Of a stretch of DNA of 64,000 bases, positions 63,076 through 64,000 are shown piece by piece; within the stretch, counting starts at the first letter, position 1; each line of letters opens with the position of its first letter. The notes under the pieces are model-generated. The model was not told the origin of the DNA, ran no database searches, and saw only the letters and a program-made list of their open reading frames with translations. The position numbers and the translations under genes are program-made. Source of the stretch: a virus (taxonomy: Duplodnaviria > Caudoviricetes); IMG/VR virus record IMGVR_UViG_3300027974_001530. The stretch is one strand, 5' to 3'.

Positions 63076-63825
63076 TTATTTAAACCAAAGGTGTGACATT
63101 TTTTGAAGAACTTTGGTGTCACCTTCCCAAGACTTGATTTGTGAATTTGGAACCCAAAATTCCATCTCACCGATCTCCTCAACCCTCTTAAGGTATTCTT
63201 CACGGAATTTGTCAACTTGATTCACATCCGTAATGTATGTAACCCCCATGTGTTTAGCACATGTCTTACCCATTTTAGTCAACATTGAGAACTCGTCTGT
63301 AAGAGTCTTAGCACAACACACACAAACATCCCCACGTTTTACGGTCATTTTACCTGAGAATTTAACCGCCTTTGATGTGAAAGACAAAACTTTAGTGATA
63401 TCCAAAAGGATTGGGTTAAAGTTAAGTCCGTATTGTTCTTTAAGTTGTTGTCCGATTTTTCGACCAACTTTGATTGTGTCTCCAATCGCAGGAACGTTAA
63501 CTTTACGGATAACAGTTTTGTTCTCCTCTTTATCGATTTGTTTCAAACCAGTAGAGATCTGTTTTTCAGAAAGTTTACCGTATTGGTTAAGTTTGTTTTT
63601 AAGGTCAATAACGAAAGAGTTAGGACCTTCGTAAGATGCGATTTTTTTCATATCGTCAGTCATCTCAACTGATTTTGCCTCAACAGGATTGTTGAAAATC
63701 TTCTCAACCGCAGATCTTTGGTTAACTGTCAAAGAACCGTATTTAGAGACTGCGTCCTTCATTTTCAAGATGAAAGAATTTTTACCGTTGTAGTTTTTTA
63801 CCTGAGTTGTGATGTCTGTCGTCAT
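63076..63825 (-). CDS. Hypothetical protein with a CxxC...C.H Zn-binding motif (DUF6011-like); start re-called at ATG 63825
   Basis: CVCCAKTLTDEFSMLTKMGKTCAKH; the ORF-track TTG start overlaps the TATCTTTG promoter at 63850-63857. Confidence 0.7.
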   Translation of the reverse strand: MTTDITTQVKNYNGKNSFILKMKDAVSKYGSLTVNQRSAVEKIFNNPVEAKSVEMTDDMKKIASYEGPNSFVIDLKNKLNQYGKLSEKQISTGLKQIDKEENKTVIRKVNVPAIGDTIKVGRKIGQQLKEQYGLNFNPILLDITKVLSFTSKAVKFSGKMTVKRGDVCVCCAKTLTDEFSMLTKMGKTCAKHMGVTYITDVNQVDKFREEYLKRVEEIGEMEFWVPNSQIKSWEGDTKVLQKMSHLWFK

Positions 63826-63849
63826 ATCCTTAATGTTTTTTGGTTTAAA

Positions 63850-63857
63850 CAAAGATA
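63850..63857 (-). promoter_or_regulatory. Bacteroidota-type -7 promoter (TATCTTTG)
   Basis: Plus-strand caaagata; 24 nt upstream of ATG 63825. Confidence 0.65.
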
Positions 63858-63897
63858 AGGGAATTTCTGAGATCTACAAAATTTTTTTAAAAAAATG

Positions 63898-63969
63898 TAG
63901 CCCCACCTAGAATCGAACTAGGAACTAATCTTTAGAAGAGATTCGTTATATCCATTTAACTATGGGGCC
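63898..63969 (-). tRNA. tRNA-Arg(UCU), CCA not encoded
   Basis: GGCCCCA/TGGGGCT acceptor stem; GTTA/TAAC D-arm; AATCT-CT[TCT]AA-AGATT anticodon arm; CCTAG-TTCGATT-CTAGG T-arm. Confidence 0.95.
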
Positions 63970-64000
63970 ATTTTTAATATAGTAATATTTTACTAAAAAA

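Noticed and set aside
1-64000. Stop-codon reassignment (code 15 or code 4), as in some large phages
   Set aside because: Long genes are intact and tightly packed in the standard code; I saw no genes fragmented at TAG or TGA.
1-64000. Eukaryotic giant virus origin (suggested by papain, annexin-like and mucin-like domains)
   Set aside because: T4-like capsid, portal, protease and terminase, bacterial promoters, tmRNA and bS21 indicate a tailed bacteriophage.

Overview
This window is a 64-kb, AT-rich, gene-dense segment of a large T4-like (myovirus-type) phage genome in the standard genetic code. The host is almost certainly Bacteroidota, based on TAnnTTTG promoters, signal peptides cleaved before Gln, a T9SS-type cargo protein and a Flavobacteria-like bS21. 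Layout: Pro/Thr- and Cys-rich virion proteins (1-4 kb); a 13-kb glycosylation and nucleotide-metabolism block ending in a gp55-like late sigma factor (6.9-20.8 kb); baseplate/structural genes (20.8-28.8 kb); a T9SS-type secreted protein; and the head module (capsid, scaffold, prohead protease, portal, terminase; 31.6-41.7 kb), which hides an antisense ribosomal protein S21 gene missed by the ORF track. Next come a nucleotidyltransferase-KTSC pair, an N-domain-less ClpC-like ATPase, a peptidase, a tmRNA with a non-canonical tag, and a ~1-kb structured ncRNA (GOLLD-like) with an rRNA-operon-like leader. The window ends with a cell-wall/lysis module (55-63 kb) and tRNA-Arg(UCU). The strongest candidate for an undescribed system is a complete PAS-PAS histidine kinase / stand-alone receiver / 2-TM coiled-coil operon that runs directly into the endolysin and holin genes, suggesting sensor-controlled lysis timing. 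Other highlights: a late-promoter motif TATTTAT, a family of putative capsid-targeting leaders, and an annexin-like repeat inside a peptidoglycan hydrolase. All family assignments come from motif recognition by eye; no searches were run.
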